Part shown: one piece after another, positions 34,109 to 44,092 of the stretch | How the letters are laid out: each line of letters starts with the position of its first letter | Numbering within the stretch: the first letter of the stretch is position 1 | From: Patescibacteria group bacterium | GTDB taxonomy: Bacteria; Patescibacteriota; Patescibacteriia; Magasanikbacterales; UBA922 | Length of the DNA: 64,000 nucleotides | Direction of reading: 5' to 3' | Assembly (NCBI GenBank): GCA_041651535.1 | Contig: JBAZIZ010000004.1 | Coordinates: 24,341-88,340 of the forward strand | Position numbers and translations under genes: made by a program | Notes under the pieces: generated by a model | Told to the model about the DNA's origin: nothing | The model's database searches: none | The model's input: only the letters and a program-made list of their open reading frames with translations

Positions 34109-34264
34109 ATATAATTATTAATTTCATTTTTAATATATCATAGTTTTTTTTTACTTTCAAATAAAAAAGTCGTTTTTTTGAGCTTTATCCACTGTTTTTT
34201 TAGATAAGCAAAAGGTTTTACTTTTGACTTTTTTTCCTGTAAAATACAGATATAATCAATTTTT

Positions 34265-35689
34265 ATGTCACTAAAAAAACAAATCGCTCACAATACGATT
34301 TTACAAATCATAGGCAAAATTATTTCCACTGCTCTCGGTCTTATTGCTCTCGGTATGTTAACTAGATACTTAGGAACAGAAAAATATGGTTGGTATACTA
34401 CAACTTTAGCTTTTTTACAATTTGTTGGTATTTTAATTGATTTTGGCTTAATACCTGTCTCTGCTCAAATGTTAGGAGAAGCTAAATTTGAAAAAAACAA
34501 ACTTTTTAATAATTTATTTTCTTATCGTTTTTTTAGTGCTTTAATTTTTTTGGCCTTAGCACCTCTAATTTCTCTGTTTTTCCCTTATCCGACTGAAGTA
34601 AAAATAGCCATTGGTTTTTCTACTATTTCTTTTTTATCAATAGCTCTTAACCAAATTTTAGTTGGTAATTATCAAACAAAATTAAAAATGTTAGTTCAGG
34701 TAATTGGTGAAAATATTGGCCGTTTATTTCTAGTCATTGGTTTATATTTCTTAATCAAGAAACAAGCTGATTTTTTACCAATTATGTTTTTAATGGTGAT
34801 TTCAAATTTGGCTTATACCGCTGTTATGTTTATTCACACTCATTTAAAAGAATATAAAATAAGATTTTCTTTTGACAAAACAATTTGGTTAGCAATTACA
34901 AAAAAAATGTGGCCAGTGGCGATTTCTATAATTTTTAATGTGGTTTATTTAAAAGGTGATACTTTACTTTTAACTTTTTTTAGTAGCCAAACCGAAGTCG
35001 GTTTCTATGGAGCAGCTTATAAAGTTTTAGATGTTTTGACCCAAACAGCTATGATGCTTATGGGATTGTTTTTACCACTTTTAGCTTTTTCTTGGGGACA
35101 AAATTTAAAACAAGAATTCAAAGAAAGATGGCAATTAAGTTTTGATGCTATGATGATTTTAGCAGTACCTATGACTGCGGGACTATATGCTCTAGCCGAT
35201 AAAACAATGTTTTTAATTGCTGGACAAAATTTTGCTCCAGCTGGACAAGTTTTAAAAATTTTATCTTTAGCAATTTTTGGAGTCTATCTGGGAGCAATTT
35301 TTGGACATAGTGCAGTTGCTATAAACAGACAAAAAGAAACTATAAAAATTTATTTGATAAGTGCTATTGTGACACTTATCGGCTATTTAATTTTTATTCC
35401 AAAATACGGTATGTATGGAGCAGCCTGGATGAGTGTGTTTTCTGAATTTTTTACTGGCTTTGGATTATATTTTATAATCAAAAAATATATTAAAGAAAAA
35501 ATAACACTAAAAACATTTTATAAAATAATTTTTTCGTCTTTCATCATGATTTTATTTTTAAATTATTTTCAAAATTTAAATATTTTTATTTTAGTTTTTA
35601 TTGGCATTATTGTTTATTCACTTATGATTATCATAACCAAAGCTGTAGCTAGAGAAACTATTTGGGAAATTTTCAATCTAAAAAAATAA
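34265..35689 (+). CDS. Polysaccharide flippase (Wzx/MOP family)
   Basis: LTRYLG.E.YG.Y, DFGL, VGFYGAAYK and IPKYGMYGAA motifs; many TM segments. Confidence 0.9.
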   Translation: MSLKKQIAHNTILQIIGKIISTALGLIALGMLTRYLGTEKYGWYTTTLAFLQFVGILIDFGLIPVSAQMLGEAKFEKNKLFNNLFSYRFFSALIFLALAPLISLFFPYPTEVKIAIGFSTISFLSIALNQILVGNYQTKLKMLVQVIGENIGRLFLVIGLYFLIKKQADFLPIMFLMVISNLAYTAVMFIHTHLKEYKIRFSFDKTIWLAITKKMWPVAISIIFNVVYLKGDTLLLTFFSSQTEVGFYGAAYKVLDVLTQTAMMLMGLFLPLLAFSWGQNLKQEFKERWQLSFDAMMILAVPMTAGLYALADKTMFLIAGQNFAPAGQVLKILSLAIFGVYLGAIFGHSAVAINRQKETIKIYLISAIVTLIGYLIFIPKYGMYGAAWMSVFSEFFTGFGLYFIIKKYIKEKITLKTFYKIIFSSFIMILFLNYFQNLNIFILVFIGIIVYSLMIIITKAVARETIWEIFNLKK

Positions 35690-35690
35690 T

Positions 35691-36935
35691 ATGTTTTATT
35701 TTTTAATTTTTCTATTTTTATCATTATTTTTTTATCTAACTTATAAAAATTTTTTTAATGCTTTGTTTTTATTTTTATTTTTGATCCCAGTTTATTTAAT
35801 TAGATTTAAAATTTTAAGTATTCCAACTACATTACTTGAAATGATGCTAATCATAATTTTTATAAATTGGATTTTTAAATATAAAAAAGATTTTTTAACA
35901 AAAACAAAAGAATTTTATAAAAAAAACAAATTATTTTTTTATTCTCTAATCATTTTTTTAATCAGTGCGACTCTAGCAATTGTTGTAAGTTCAAATACCA
36001 AATCAGCTCTCGGTGAATGGAAAGCTTTTTATCTTGAACCAATTCTATTTTTTATAATTTTATTGACTAGTATAAAAACAAAAAAAGAAATCAATAATTT
36101 ATTTTTTGCTCTAGTTTTGTCTGGTACAATTACTTCAATTTTAGCAATTTATCAACATTTTACTGGTTTTTTTGTCCCTTATAGTTTTTGGGAAAATCAA
36201 AATACTTATCGGGTAACTGCTTGGTATGGTTTTCCAAACGCTGTCGGACATTTTTTAGGAGTTATTTTTCCATTAGCTATTTATTTAATTATTTCCAATT
36301 TTAAAGAAAATAATTTAAAAAAAATCATTTCAAGTCTTTTTGTTTTTTTAGCTATTTTAGCAATTTTCTTTGCCAAATCTACTGGTGCTATAATAGGAAT
36401 TTTAGCTAGTATATTTTTACTTTTAATTTACTATAAAAAAACTAGATTAGTTACAATTATTTTTTCTAGCGTCACTTTAATTATTTTTACTTTTATACCG
36501 CTAAATAATCCGATAAAACAAGAATTATTATTTCAAGACAGATCCGGACAGATCAGATTAAACATATGGAATGAAACCTCAGAATTTTTAAAAGTTAATC
36601 CAATTTTTGGAGCAGGGCTAGCAAGTTATAGCCAAAAAATTATTCCTTTTCACAAACAAGTTAATGGCGAAAATATAGAGATTTTTCATCATCCGCATAA
36701 TATATTTTTAACTATGTGGGTAAACTTGGGAATCCTTGGATTGATAAGTTTTGTATTTTTAAATTTATATTGTTTTTATAAATATTTTAAAGAAAAAAAT
36801 ATTTTAAAATTTTTTGCGCTTACTACTCTTAGTTGTTTTCTTGTCATGGGACTAGTTGATAGCCCATATATAAAAAATGATTTATCTTTTATTTATTGGT
36901 TTGTCTTATTTTTATTTTTTGTAAGATATGAATAA
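35691..36935 (+). CDS. O-antigen ligase/Wzy_C family membrane protein
   Basis: R..IW...PIFGAG and HPHNIFL...GILG motifs. Confidence 0.88.
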   Translation: MFYFLIFLFLSLFFYLTYKNFFNALFLFLFLIPVYLIRFKILSIPTTLLEMMLIIIFINWIFKYKKDFLTKTKEFYKKNKLFFYSLIIFLISATLAIVVSSNTKSALGEWKAFYLEPILFFIILLTSIKTKKEINNLFFALVLSGTITSILAIYQHFTGFFVPYSFWENQNTYRVTAWYGFPNAVGHFLGVIFPLAIYLIISNFKENNLKKIISSLFVFLAILAIFFAKSTGAIIGILASIFLLLIYYKKTRLVTIIFSSVTLIIFTFIPLNNPIKQELLFQDRSGQIRLNIWNETSEFLKVNPIFGAGLASYSQKIIPFHKQVNGENIEIFHHPHNIFLTMWVNLGILGLISFVFLNLYCFYKYFKEKNILKFFALTTLSCFLVMGLVDSPYIKNDLSFIYWFVLFLFFVRYE

Positions 36936-37626
36936 AATTATTCAAGAATTAGACAGGCTCAAAAATAAAGAAAAAGCAAAAATTTTACAAAGATTTTTTA
37001 AAACTGCCAAAGGTGAATATGGCGAAGGTGATTTATTTTTAGGAATTACAGTTCCGCAAATTAGACAAATTGCAAAAAATAATTTAAATACATCTTTGGA
37101 GGAACTGCAAAAATTATTAAACAGTAAAATTCATGAGTATCGCCTTGTGGCTTTATTGATTTTAGTAGAAAACTATAAAAAAACTGAGCAAAAAGACAAA
37201 ATATTTAAATTCTATTTAAAAAATTTCAAAAATATAAATAATTGGGATTTGGTAGATTTATCAGCTCCAAAAATTATTGGGGATTATATTTTTCACCATA
37301 AAATTTTAGATAAAAAATTATTAAAATGGGCAAATTCAAAGCATCTTTGGACAAAAAGAATTTCTATTGTCTCTACTTATTTTTTTATCAAAGAAAATAA
37401 TTTTAAACATACTTTAGTAATTTCTAAAATTCTTTTAAACGATAAACATGATTTAATTCATAAAGCTGTCGGCTGGATGCTCCGTGAACTTGGAAAAAAA
37501 GATAAAAAAGTTTTAGAAAATTTTTTAAATGAAAATTTAACTAAAATGCCGAGAAACTCACTGCGTTATGCAATTGAAAAATTTCCCGAAAATCAAAGAA
37601 AAGAATATCTTAAAAAAAGCAAATAA
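36928..37626 (+). CDS. DNA alkylation repair protein (AlkD-like glycosylase)
   Basis: FLGITVPQIR, NNWDLVD and HKAVGWMLRE motifs. Confidence 0.92.
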   Translation: MNKIIQELDRLKNKEKAKILQRFFKTAKGEYGEGDLFLGITVPQIRQIAKNNLNTSLEELQKLLNSKIHEYRLVALLILVENYKKTEQKDKIFKFYLKNFKNINNWDLVDLSAPKIIGDYIFHHKILDKKLLKWANSKHLWTKRISIVSTYFFIKENNFKHTLVISKILLNDKHDLIHKAVGWMLRELGKKDKKVLENFLNENLTKMPRNSLRYAIEKFPENQRKEYLKKSK

Positions 37627-37740
37627 AATAATTTAGGATTTTAGATTTATAATTTTAGATTTAATTTTTTTAAAAATTTATATTTAATTCAAAAAAACAA
37701 ACTAAAAAAATAAATTTTCTTTAAAACAAATTTCATCCAC

Positions 37741-37900
37741 TTTGTCATTCTGAATCCTCCGACGTCATGTCGGAGGTGAAGAGTCCCCCTGCCTACCGGC
37801 AGGCAGGTTAAACTTTTTTAATTTAATAATTGTTGAATTAAAATGGTTGGTGATAATTCACTATTTAAGGGACTCTTCGTCTTCGCCTCAGAGTGACAAA
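37741..37900. repeat. Composite palindromic (REP/RPE/MITE-like) element
   Basis: Outer IR TTTGTCATTCTGA/TCAGAGTGACAAA, inner IR GAAGAGTCCC/GGGACTCTTC, and two nested GC-rich hairpins. Confidence 0.8.
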
Positions 37901-38001
37901 ATGTAGATTATTTGTTTTTCTATTTGTTTATTTATTTTTGTATGTTAATCTTACTTAAAAAAAATTATTTTAAAAAATACTAACTACCAACAATATTTTA
38001 T

Positions 38002-38781
38002 ATGAAAATAACATCTTGGAATATCAATGGCATCAGAGCTATAACTAAAAAAGGGTTTTATGATTTTTTAAAAAAAGAAAAAGCTGATATTATCTGTCTT
38101 CAAGAAATTAAAATAGATAATGACAAAAAAATACAAGAAAAATTTGATTTTAAAAATTATAAAGAATTTTGGAATTCGGCTATTCGTCCTGGTTACGCTG
38201 GAACTTTATTCCTTGTAAAAGAAAAATCTGTTATTTATAAACAAATTATAAAACATACAACTGGGATAAATAATGAAATTTTTGATAATGAAGGTCGTGT
38301 CCAAACTTTAGAATTTAAAAATTTCTTTTTAATAAATGCTTATTTCCCAAATTCTCGTGATGATTTATCTAGACTAAAATTCAAACAAGAATTTGATAAA
38401 AAAATATTACTTTATTTAAAAAAACTTTCAAAGAAAAAACCCATAATTTTAGTTGGTGATCTGAATATTGCTCATCAAGAAATAGATCTAGCCCGACCAA
38501 AAGAAAATGAGAAAACTAATGGTTTTACTTACGAAGAACGTCAAGATTTTTCTTTTTTTGTTAAAAATAATTTTATTGATACTTTCCGTCATTTTAATCC
38601 ACAAACCATAAAATATTCTTGGTGGAGTTTCCGTGCTCGTGCTAGAGAACGTAATGTCGGTTGGCGTCTTGATTATGTTTTATGTGATAAAAAATTATTA
38701 AAAAAAATTAAAAAAACTTTTATTCAGAATGAAATTTACGGCTCGGATCATTGTCCAGTCGGAATTGAAATTGATTTATAA
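38002..38781 (+). CDS. xth: Exodeoxyribonuclease III / AP endonuclease
   Basis: SWNINGIRA, LQEIK, GDLNIAH, GWRLDY and SDHCP motifs. Confidence 0.96.
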   Translation: MKITSWNINGIRAITKKGFYDFLKKEKADIICLQEIKIDNDKKIQEKFDFKNYKEFWNSAIRPGYAGTLFLVKEKSVIYKQIIKHTTGINNEIFDNEGRVQTLEFKNFFLINAYFPNSRDDLSRLKFKQEFDKKILLYLKKLSKKKPIILVGDLNIAHQEIDLARPKENEKTNGFTYEERQDFSFFVKNNFIDTFRHFNPQTIKYSWWSFRARARERNVGWRLDYVLCDKKLLKKIKKTFIQNEIYGSDHCPVGIEIDL

Positions 38782-38790
38782 CTTATTTTT

Positions 38791-40068
38791 ATGCGTTTAA
38801 AAATAGAAAAGCTTGTCTTTGGTGGACAAGGTTTAGCCAGAAAAGATAACAAAATTTTTTTTATTTGGAATGCTTTGCCAGGTGAAGAAATCGAGGCTGA
38901 TATAATTAAAAATAAAAAAGATTTTGGCGAAGGTTTGGCAACCAAAATTATTCATGCAGCCAAAGAAAGAATAGAAGCTAGAGATAAAAATTTTATTTCT
39001 ACCAGCCCTTGGCAAATAATTGATTACAAAACTGAAAACAAATGGAAAAAAGAAATTAGTTTAGAAACTCTAAAAAAAATTGGCGGTCAAATTTTTGATA
39101 ATATTGAACCTGAAATTATTTATCCTCAAGAAGAATATAATTATCGCAACAAAATGGAATTTTCTTTTTTTGAAGACGATACAAATCCAGGAAAATTCCA
39201 ACTAGCTTTTTTTAATCGTGGACAAAAAATAAAATACCCAATTGAAAATTCTGAATTAGCCGAAAAATGTATAAATGAAACTGCTCATAAAATATTAAAC
39301 TGGGTAAATGAACAAAATTTAGAAAGAAGAAATTTAAAAACTTTAATTGTCAGATCTGATGGTAATGAAAATACGATTGCCAGTTTATTTTTAAAAGATA
39401 AAATATCTTTTAAAAAATATCCAAAATTAAATAAAAATTTTTTAGGTTTTCAAATTTATTATTCCACTCACAAATCCCCTGCCTCGGTTCCAACTGAACT
39501 CTTGTATAATGATGGCCAAAATTATTTAATAACTAATTTAAACAATACACAATTAAAATTTGGTTTACTTAGTTTTTTTCAAATTCATATTCCAATTTTT
39601 AAATTAGCTTTGGAAAAAATTTCTTCTGAAATTGATAAAAATTCAGAAATAATTGATTATTATTCTGGAGTTGGGGCTATTGGTTTAACTCTAGCCGATA
39701 AAGTTAAAAAAGTTTTTTGTGTTGATAACAATCAAGAAGCGATCGGGTATGCTAAAGAAAATATTAAATTAAACAAATTAAAAAATTGTGAAGCTACTTG
39801 TTTGCCAGCAGAAAAAATAACTGAAATTATTACTAAAAATAAAATAATAATTTTAGATCCACCTCGTGCTGGTTTACATCCAGATATTATCGAAAAACTT
39901 TTACAAGAATCCCCTAAAAAAATTATTTATTTATCTTGTAATATTTCCACTCAAGCCCGAGATGTAAAATTATTATCAGAAAAATATAAAATCAAAAATA
40001 CAACGCTTTATAATTTTTTTCCTCGCACACCGCATATTGAAAGTTTGATTATATTAGAAAAAAAATAA
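38791..40068 (+). CDS. TRAM-domain RNA m5U methyltransferase (RlmD/TrmA family)
   Basis: N-terminal TRAM domain (ALPGE), YRNKMEF, SFFQ, LDPPRAG, YLSCN, FPRTPHIE. Confidence 0.9.
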   Translation: MRLKIEKLVFGGQGLARKDNKIFFIWNALPGEEIEADIIKNKKDFGEGLATKIIHAAKERIEARDKNFISTSPWQIIDYKTENKWKKEISLETLKKIGGQIFDNIEPEIIYPQEEYNYRNKMEFSFFEDDTNPGKFQLAFFNRGQKIKYPIENSELAEKCINETAHKILNWVNEQNLERRNLKTLIVRSDGNENTIASLFLKDKISFKKYPKLNKNFLGFQIYYSTHKSPASVPTELLYNDGQNYLITNLNNTQLKFGLLSFFQIHIPIFKLALEKISSEIDKNSEIIDYYSGVGAIGLTLADKVKKVFCVDNNQEAIGYAKENIKLNKLKNCEATCLPAEKITEIITKNKIIILDPPRAGLHPDIIEKLLQESPKKIIYLSCNISTQARDVKLLSEKYKIKNTTLYNFFPRTPHIESLIILEKK

Positions 40069-40078
40069 ACCAAAAACA

Positions 40079-40107
40079 AAAACACCCAGATTTCCTGAGT
40101 GTTTTTT
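40079..40107. terminator. Bidirectional terminator between the rlmD-like gene and rpoC
   Basis: AAAACACCCAG...CTGAGTGTTTT. Confidence 0.65.
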
Positions 40108-40122
40108 GTTTGTTTCTTTTGA

Positions 40123-43100
40123 TTATTCTTCTGTTTTTTCTTCTTTGCTTTCTATATTTTCTGCAAAAATTTCTTTTTCATTATTTTCTAATTCAGAAAT
40201 ACCTTTTACACCTGTACCAGCTGGGATTAGTCGTCCGATAATAACATTTTCTTTTAATCCTTCTAAATAATCCATTTTACCAGTTATAGCAGCATTTACT
40301 AGAACACGAGATGTCTCTTGGAAAGAAGCTGAAGATAAGAAACTTTGAGTAGATAAAGAAATTTTACTGATACCCATAAGCATATCTCGAGCTTTAGCCA
40401 ATTTTTTATTTTCTTTTTTAGCTTGTCTATTAGCAATAATTAATTGGGATCTTTCGACGATTTCTCCTGGAAGTAAATCAGTATCTCCTGGATCTTCGAC
40501 AAAGACACGACTAAACATTTGTTTAATTATAATTTCAATATGTTTATCATTTAATCTTTGACCTTGGGAAGCATAGATTTCTTGAATTTCTGTTAAAATA
40601 TATCTTTTAACAGCATCCATTCCTTTAAATTGGAATAATTCTTGCAAATCAACGGCTCCTTCTGTTAATTGATCGCCTTTTTCAATTACATCTCCATCTT
40701 TTACCCAAAGTTTATAACCTATAGGGATGATATATTCTTTGGTTGTTTTTCCATCATAATTCAAAATTATTTTTTCATCTGAAATTTCAATTGCACCATT
40801 GTATTCTGCTTTAATAATTTCTCCACTACCGCCACGAATCAAAAGTTTATCTCCTTTCTTAACTTTATCGCCAATAGCAACTTTTACATCATCTTCTTCA
40901 TTAATTTCAATTTCTATTCTTTCATCTCCTTCATGATGAACTTTGATTATTTTTTGGCCTCGACGACCTTCAAAAATTTTTCTACCTGTAGAATTTGTAA
41001 TTACTTTTCCATCAGCATCTTCAATTTCTATAACTCCGGAAACTTCAGACAAAATAGCTTTTCTTTTTGGAGTACGACATTCAAATAATTCTTCAACTCG
41101 AGGCAAACCTTGTGTAATATCAGCACTACTAGCAACACCTCCAGTATGGAAAGTTCTCATTGTCAATTGAGTACCAGGTTCACCAATAGATTGAGCAGCG
41201 ATTGTACCAACAGCAACTCCATTATCTACAACTTTTCTATTACCTAAATCAAAACCATAACATTTTGAACAAACTCCTTTTGGTAATTTACATTGAAGAA
41301 CTGAACGAACATGGATATTATCAATTTTTTCTTTTTCAATAATACGAGATGCTTTTTCGTCAATAACTTCTCCAGCTTTGACAATTATTTTTTTACCAAG
41401 TTTAACATCTTCCAAGACAAAACGTCCCAAAACTCTTTCTGAAAGTTTTTCACCCATTTGTTCTGATTGTTCTATTGTAAACATTTCTCCAACTGTATCA
41501 CCACAATCTTCTTCTTTTACAACAACTTCTTGCGCGACATCAACTAGACGACGAGTTAAATATCCAGCATTTGCTGTACGTAAAGCTGTATCTGACAAAC
41601 CTTTACGAGTACCATGAGATGAGATAAAAAATTCCAAAACTCCAAATCCTTCTTTAAAATTTCCTTTTACAGGAAGTTCTATAATATCACCACTAGGAGA
41701 AGCAACTAATCCTTTCATAGCAATAACTTGTCCAAGTTGTCCCCAAGAACCACGAGCTCCAGAATCAATCATCGCATAAACAGATTTATTATGATCTAAA
41801 ACTTCTTTAGATTTTGATAATAAAGCATCTTTTGTATTAGCCCAAATTTCAACTACTTTTGATTTTCTTTCTGAGTCAGTCAAAAGTCCTTCTTCATATT
41901 GTTTTTGTACAGTCTGTACTTCTTCATCGGCTTTAGCTAATAATTCATCTTTAATATCAATTGAAGGAAAATCATCTTTACCTAAAGAATAACCTGATTT
42001 TGTAACATATTTATAACCTAAATCTTTTATTTTATCTAGATGAACAGCGGTTATTTCTTGTCCATATAATTCAAGTAAAAGTTGAATTATATTGCTTAAA
42101 TGTTTTTTAGTTACAGTTTCATTATAATAAGGTAATTTATTAGGTAAAATTTCATTAAAGAAAATTCTACCGATACTAGTTTCAATTAAATTACTATGAC
42201 CTTCTTCAAATTTATCAAGATTATCAAATCGTACAATTATTTTTTCTTTTAAAGTAATTAAACGATCTTTATACGCATATTTTGCTTCCCGAATATTTGA
42301 AAAATATTTTGTGGCTTTTTTATCAACATCTTCTTCATTATATTTTGTCATGTAATAACAACCAAGTACGATATCTTGAGCTGGAGTAATCACTGGATTT
42401 CCAGTTGCTGGTTTTAACAAGTTTTTTTCTGAAGCCATCAAATTTTCTGCTTCCCATTTTGCTTGTTCTGATAAAGGTAAATGAACAGCCATTTGATCTC
42501 CATCAAAATCGGCATTAAACGCTGGACAAACTAGAGGATGCAAACGAATTGCTTTACCTTCAACTAAAACTGGTTTAAAAGCTTGGATACCAAGTCTGTG
42601 TAAGGTTGGAGCACGATTTAAAAGTACTCTGGTTTTTTTAGTTAAATTTTCTAATATATCCCAAACTTCAGGATCATTAGTTTCAATAAACCGACTAGCA
42701 CTACGAACATTATGTGCTAACTCTCTTTTAATAATTTCACTCATGACAAACGGTTTAAAAAGTTCCAAAGCAATTATTTTTGGCAAACCACATTCGTTAA
42801 TTTTTAATTTTGGACCAACAACGATTACTGAACGTCCAGAATAATCAACACGTTTTCCTAACAAATTTTGTCTGAAACGGCCTTGTTTTCCTTTTAAAAT
42901 ATCTGCAAGTGAGCGTAATTGTCTTTTTTGTCCAGTTGAAGCTTTTACAGTTTTACTAGCTCGAGCACTGTTATCAATCAAAGCATCAACAGCTTCTTGT
43001 AACATTCTTTTTTCATTACGACAAATTACTTCTGGAGCATTCAATTCTTTTAATCTTTTTAAACGATTATTTCTATTGATTACTCTTCGGTACAAATCAT

Positions 43101-44055
43101 TTAAATCAGAAGTAGCAAAACGACCACCATCTAAAGCAACCATTGGTCTTAAATCTGGTGGAATCACAGGAATATTTGTTAATATCATCCATTCTGGACG
43201 TATATCGTTTTTTGCTAAAGATTTTAAAAGTTTAATACGACGCATTATTCTTTCTCTTTTAGCACCTTTTGATTTTTTTAATAATTTTTCTAATTGTTTT
43301 ACAGTTTCGTCTAAATTTAATTTTTCCAAAAGATAACGAACCGCTTCAGCTCCGATACTAGCTTCAAATAAATGACTATAACGTAAAGATAATTCCTGAT
43401 ATCTCATTTCAGAAATTATATTCATCATAGAAATTTCATCGAGTTCATCGACTGCACTTTTATAATCTTCTTCTAAAGCAGATAATTTATTATTTTTTTC
43501 TTGTTCAATGTCTTTTTTATCTTTTGCATTTTCTATTTTTTTAGAATATTCATCTTCAATTTGTTTTTTCTTACTTTTATATTCTTTTTTCAAAAGTTCT
43601 ACAGTATTTTTCTTTTGTTCTTCATCAACTTTAGTAATTATAAAAGCAGCAAAATAAATAACTTTTTCTAAAGCTTGAATTGATAAATCTAAAACTAACC
43701 CAACACGAGAAGGAATGGTACGTAAAAACCAAATATGAGAAACTGGAGTTGCTAATTCTATATGTCCCATTCTTTCACGTCTAACTTGTGAATGAGTTAC
43801 TTCTACTCCACATTTATCACAGACAATACCTTTGTATCTAATTTTTTTATATTTTCCACAATAACATTCCCAATCTTTGGTAGGTCCAAAAATTTCTTCA
43901 GCAAAAAGTCCGCCTTTTTCTGGTTTTTGAGTACGATAATTTATCGTCTCAGGTTTGTGAACTTCTCCATAAGACCATTTTCTGATGATATCTGGTGAAG
44001 CGATTTTTAGTCGAATCGCATCAAAGTTCATTGAATGATGTAAGTCGCGTGCCAT
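40123..44055 (-). CDS. rpoC: RNA polymerase beta' subunit
   Basis: NADFDGDQMAVH catalytic motif; N-terminal zinc finger. Confidence 0.99.
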   Translation of the reverse strand: MARDLHHSMNFDAIRLKIASPDIIRKWSYGEVHKPETINYRTQKPEKGGLFAEEIFGPTKDWECYCGKYKKIRYKGIVCDKCGVEVTHSQVRRERMGHIELATPVSHIWFLRTIPSRVGLVLDLSIQALEKVIYFAAFIITKVDEEQKKNTVELLKKEYKSKKKQIEDEYSKKIENAKDKKDIEQEKNNKLSALEEDYKSAVDELDEISMMNIISEMRYQELSLRYSHLFEASIGAEAVRYLLEKLNLDETVKQLEKLLKKSKGAKRERIMRRIKLLKSLAKNDIRPEWMILTNIPVIPPDLRPMVALDGGRFATSDLNDLYRRVINRNNRLKRLKELNAPEVICRNEKRMLQEAVDALIDNSARASKTVKASTGQKRQLRSLADILKGKQGRFRQNLLGKRVDYSGRSVIVVGPKLKINECGLPKIIALELFKPFVMSEIIKRELAHNVRSASRFIETNDPEVWDILENLTKKTRVLLNRAPTLHRLGIQAFKPVLVEGKAIRLHPLVCPAFNADFDGDQMAVHLPLSEQAKWEAENLMASEKNLLKPATGNPVITPAQDIVLGCYYMTKYNEEDVDKKATKYFSNIREAKYAYKDRLITLKEKIIVRFDNLDKFEEGHSNLIETSIGRIFFNEILPNKLPYYNETVTKKHLSNIIQLLLELYGQEITAVHLDKIKDLGYKYVTKSGYSLGKDDFPSIDIKDELLAKADEEVQTVQKQYEEGLLTDSERKSKVVEIWANTKDALLSKSKEVLDHNKSVYAMIDSGARGSWGQLGQVIAMKGLVASPSGDIIELPVKGNFKEGFGVLEFFISSHGTRKGLSDTALRTANAGYLTRRLVDVAQEVVVKEEDCGDTVGEMFTIEQSEQMGEKLSERVLGRFVLEDVKLGKKIIVKAGEVIDEKASRIIEKEKIDNIHVRSVLQCKLPKGVCSKCYGFDLGNRKVVDNGVAVGTIAAQSIGEPGTQLTMRTFHTGGVASSADITQGLPRVEELFECRTPKRKAILSEVSGVIEIEDADGKVITNSTGRKIFEGRRGQKIIKVHHEGDERIEIEINEEDDVKVAIGDKVKKGDKLLIRGGSGEIIKAEYNGAIEISDEKIILNYDGKTTKEYIIPIGYKLWVKDGDVIEKGDQLTEGAVDLQELFQFKGMDAVKRYILTEIQEIYASQGQRLNDKHIEIIIKQMFSRVFVEDPGDTDLLPGEIVERSQLIIANRQAKKENKKLAKARDMLMGISKISLSTQSFLSSASFQETSRVLVNAAITGKMDYLEGLKENVIIGRLIPAGTGVKGISELENNEKEIFAENIESKEEKTEE

Positions 44056-44092
44056 ATAATATTTATTTTATTTTATTTATTTTATTAAATTT

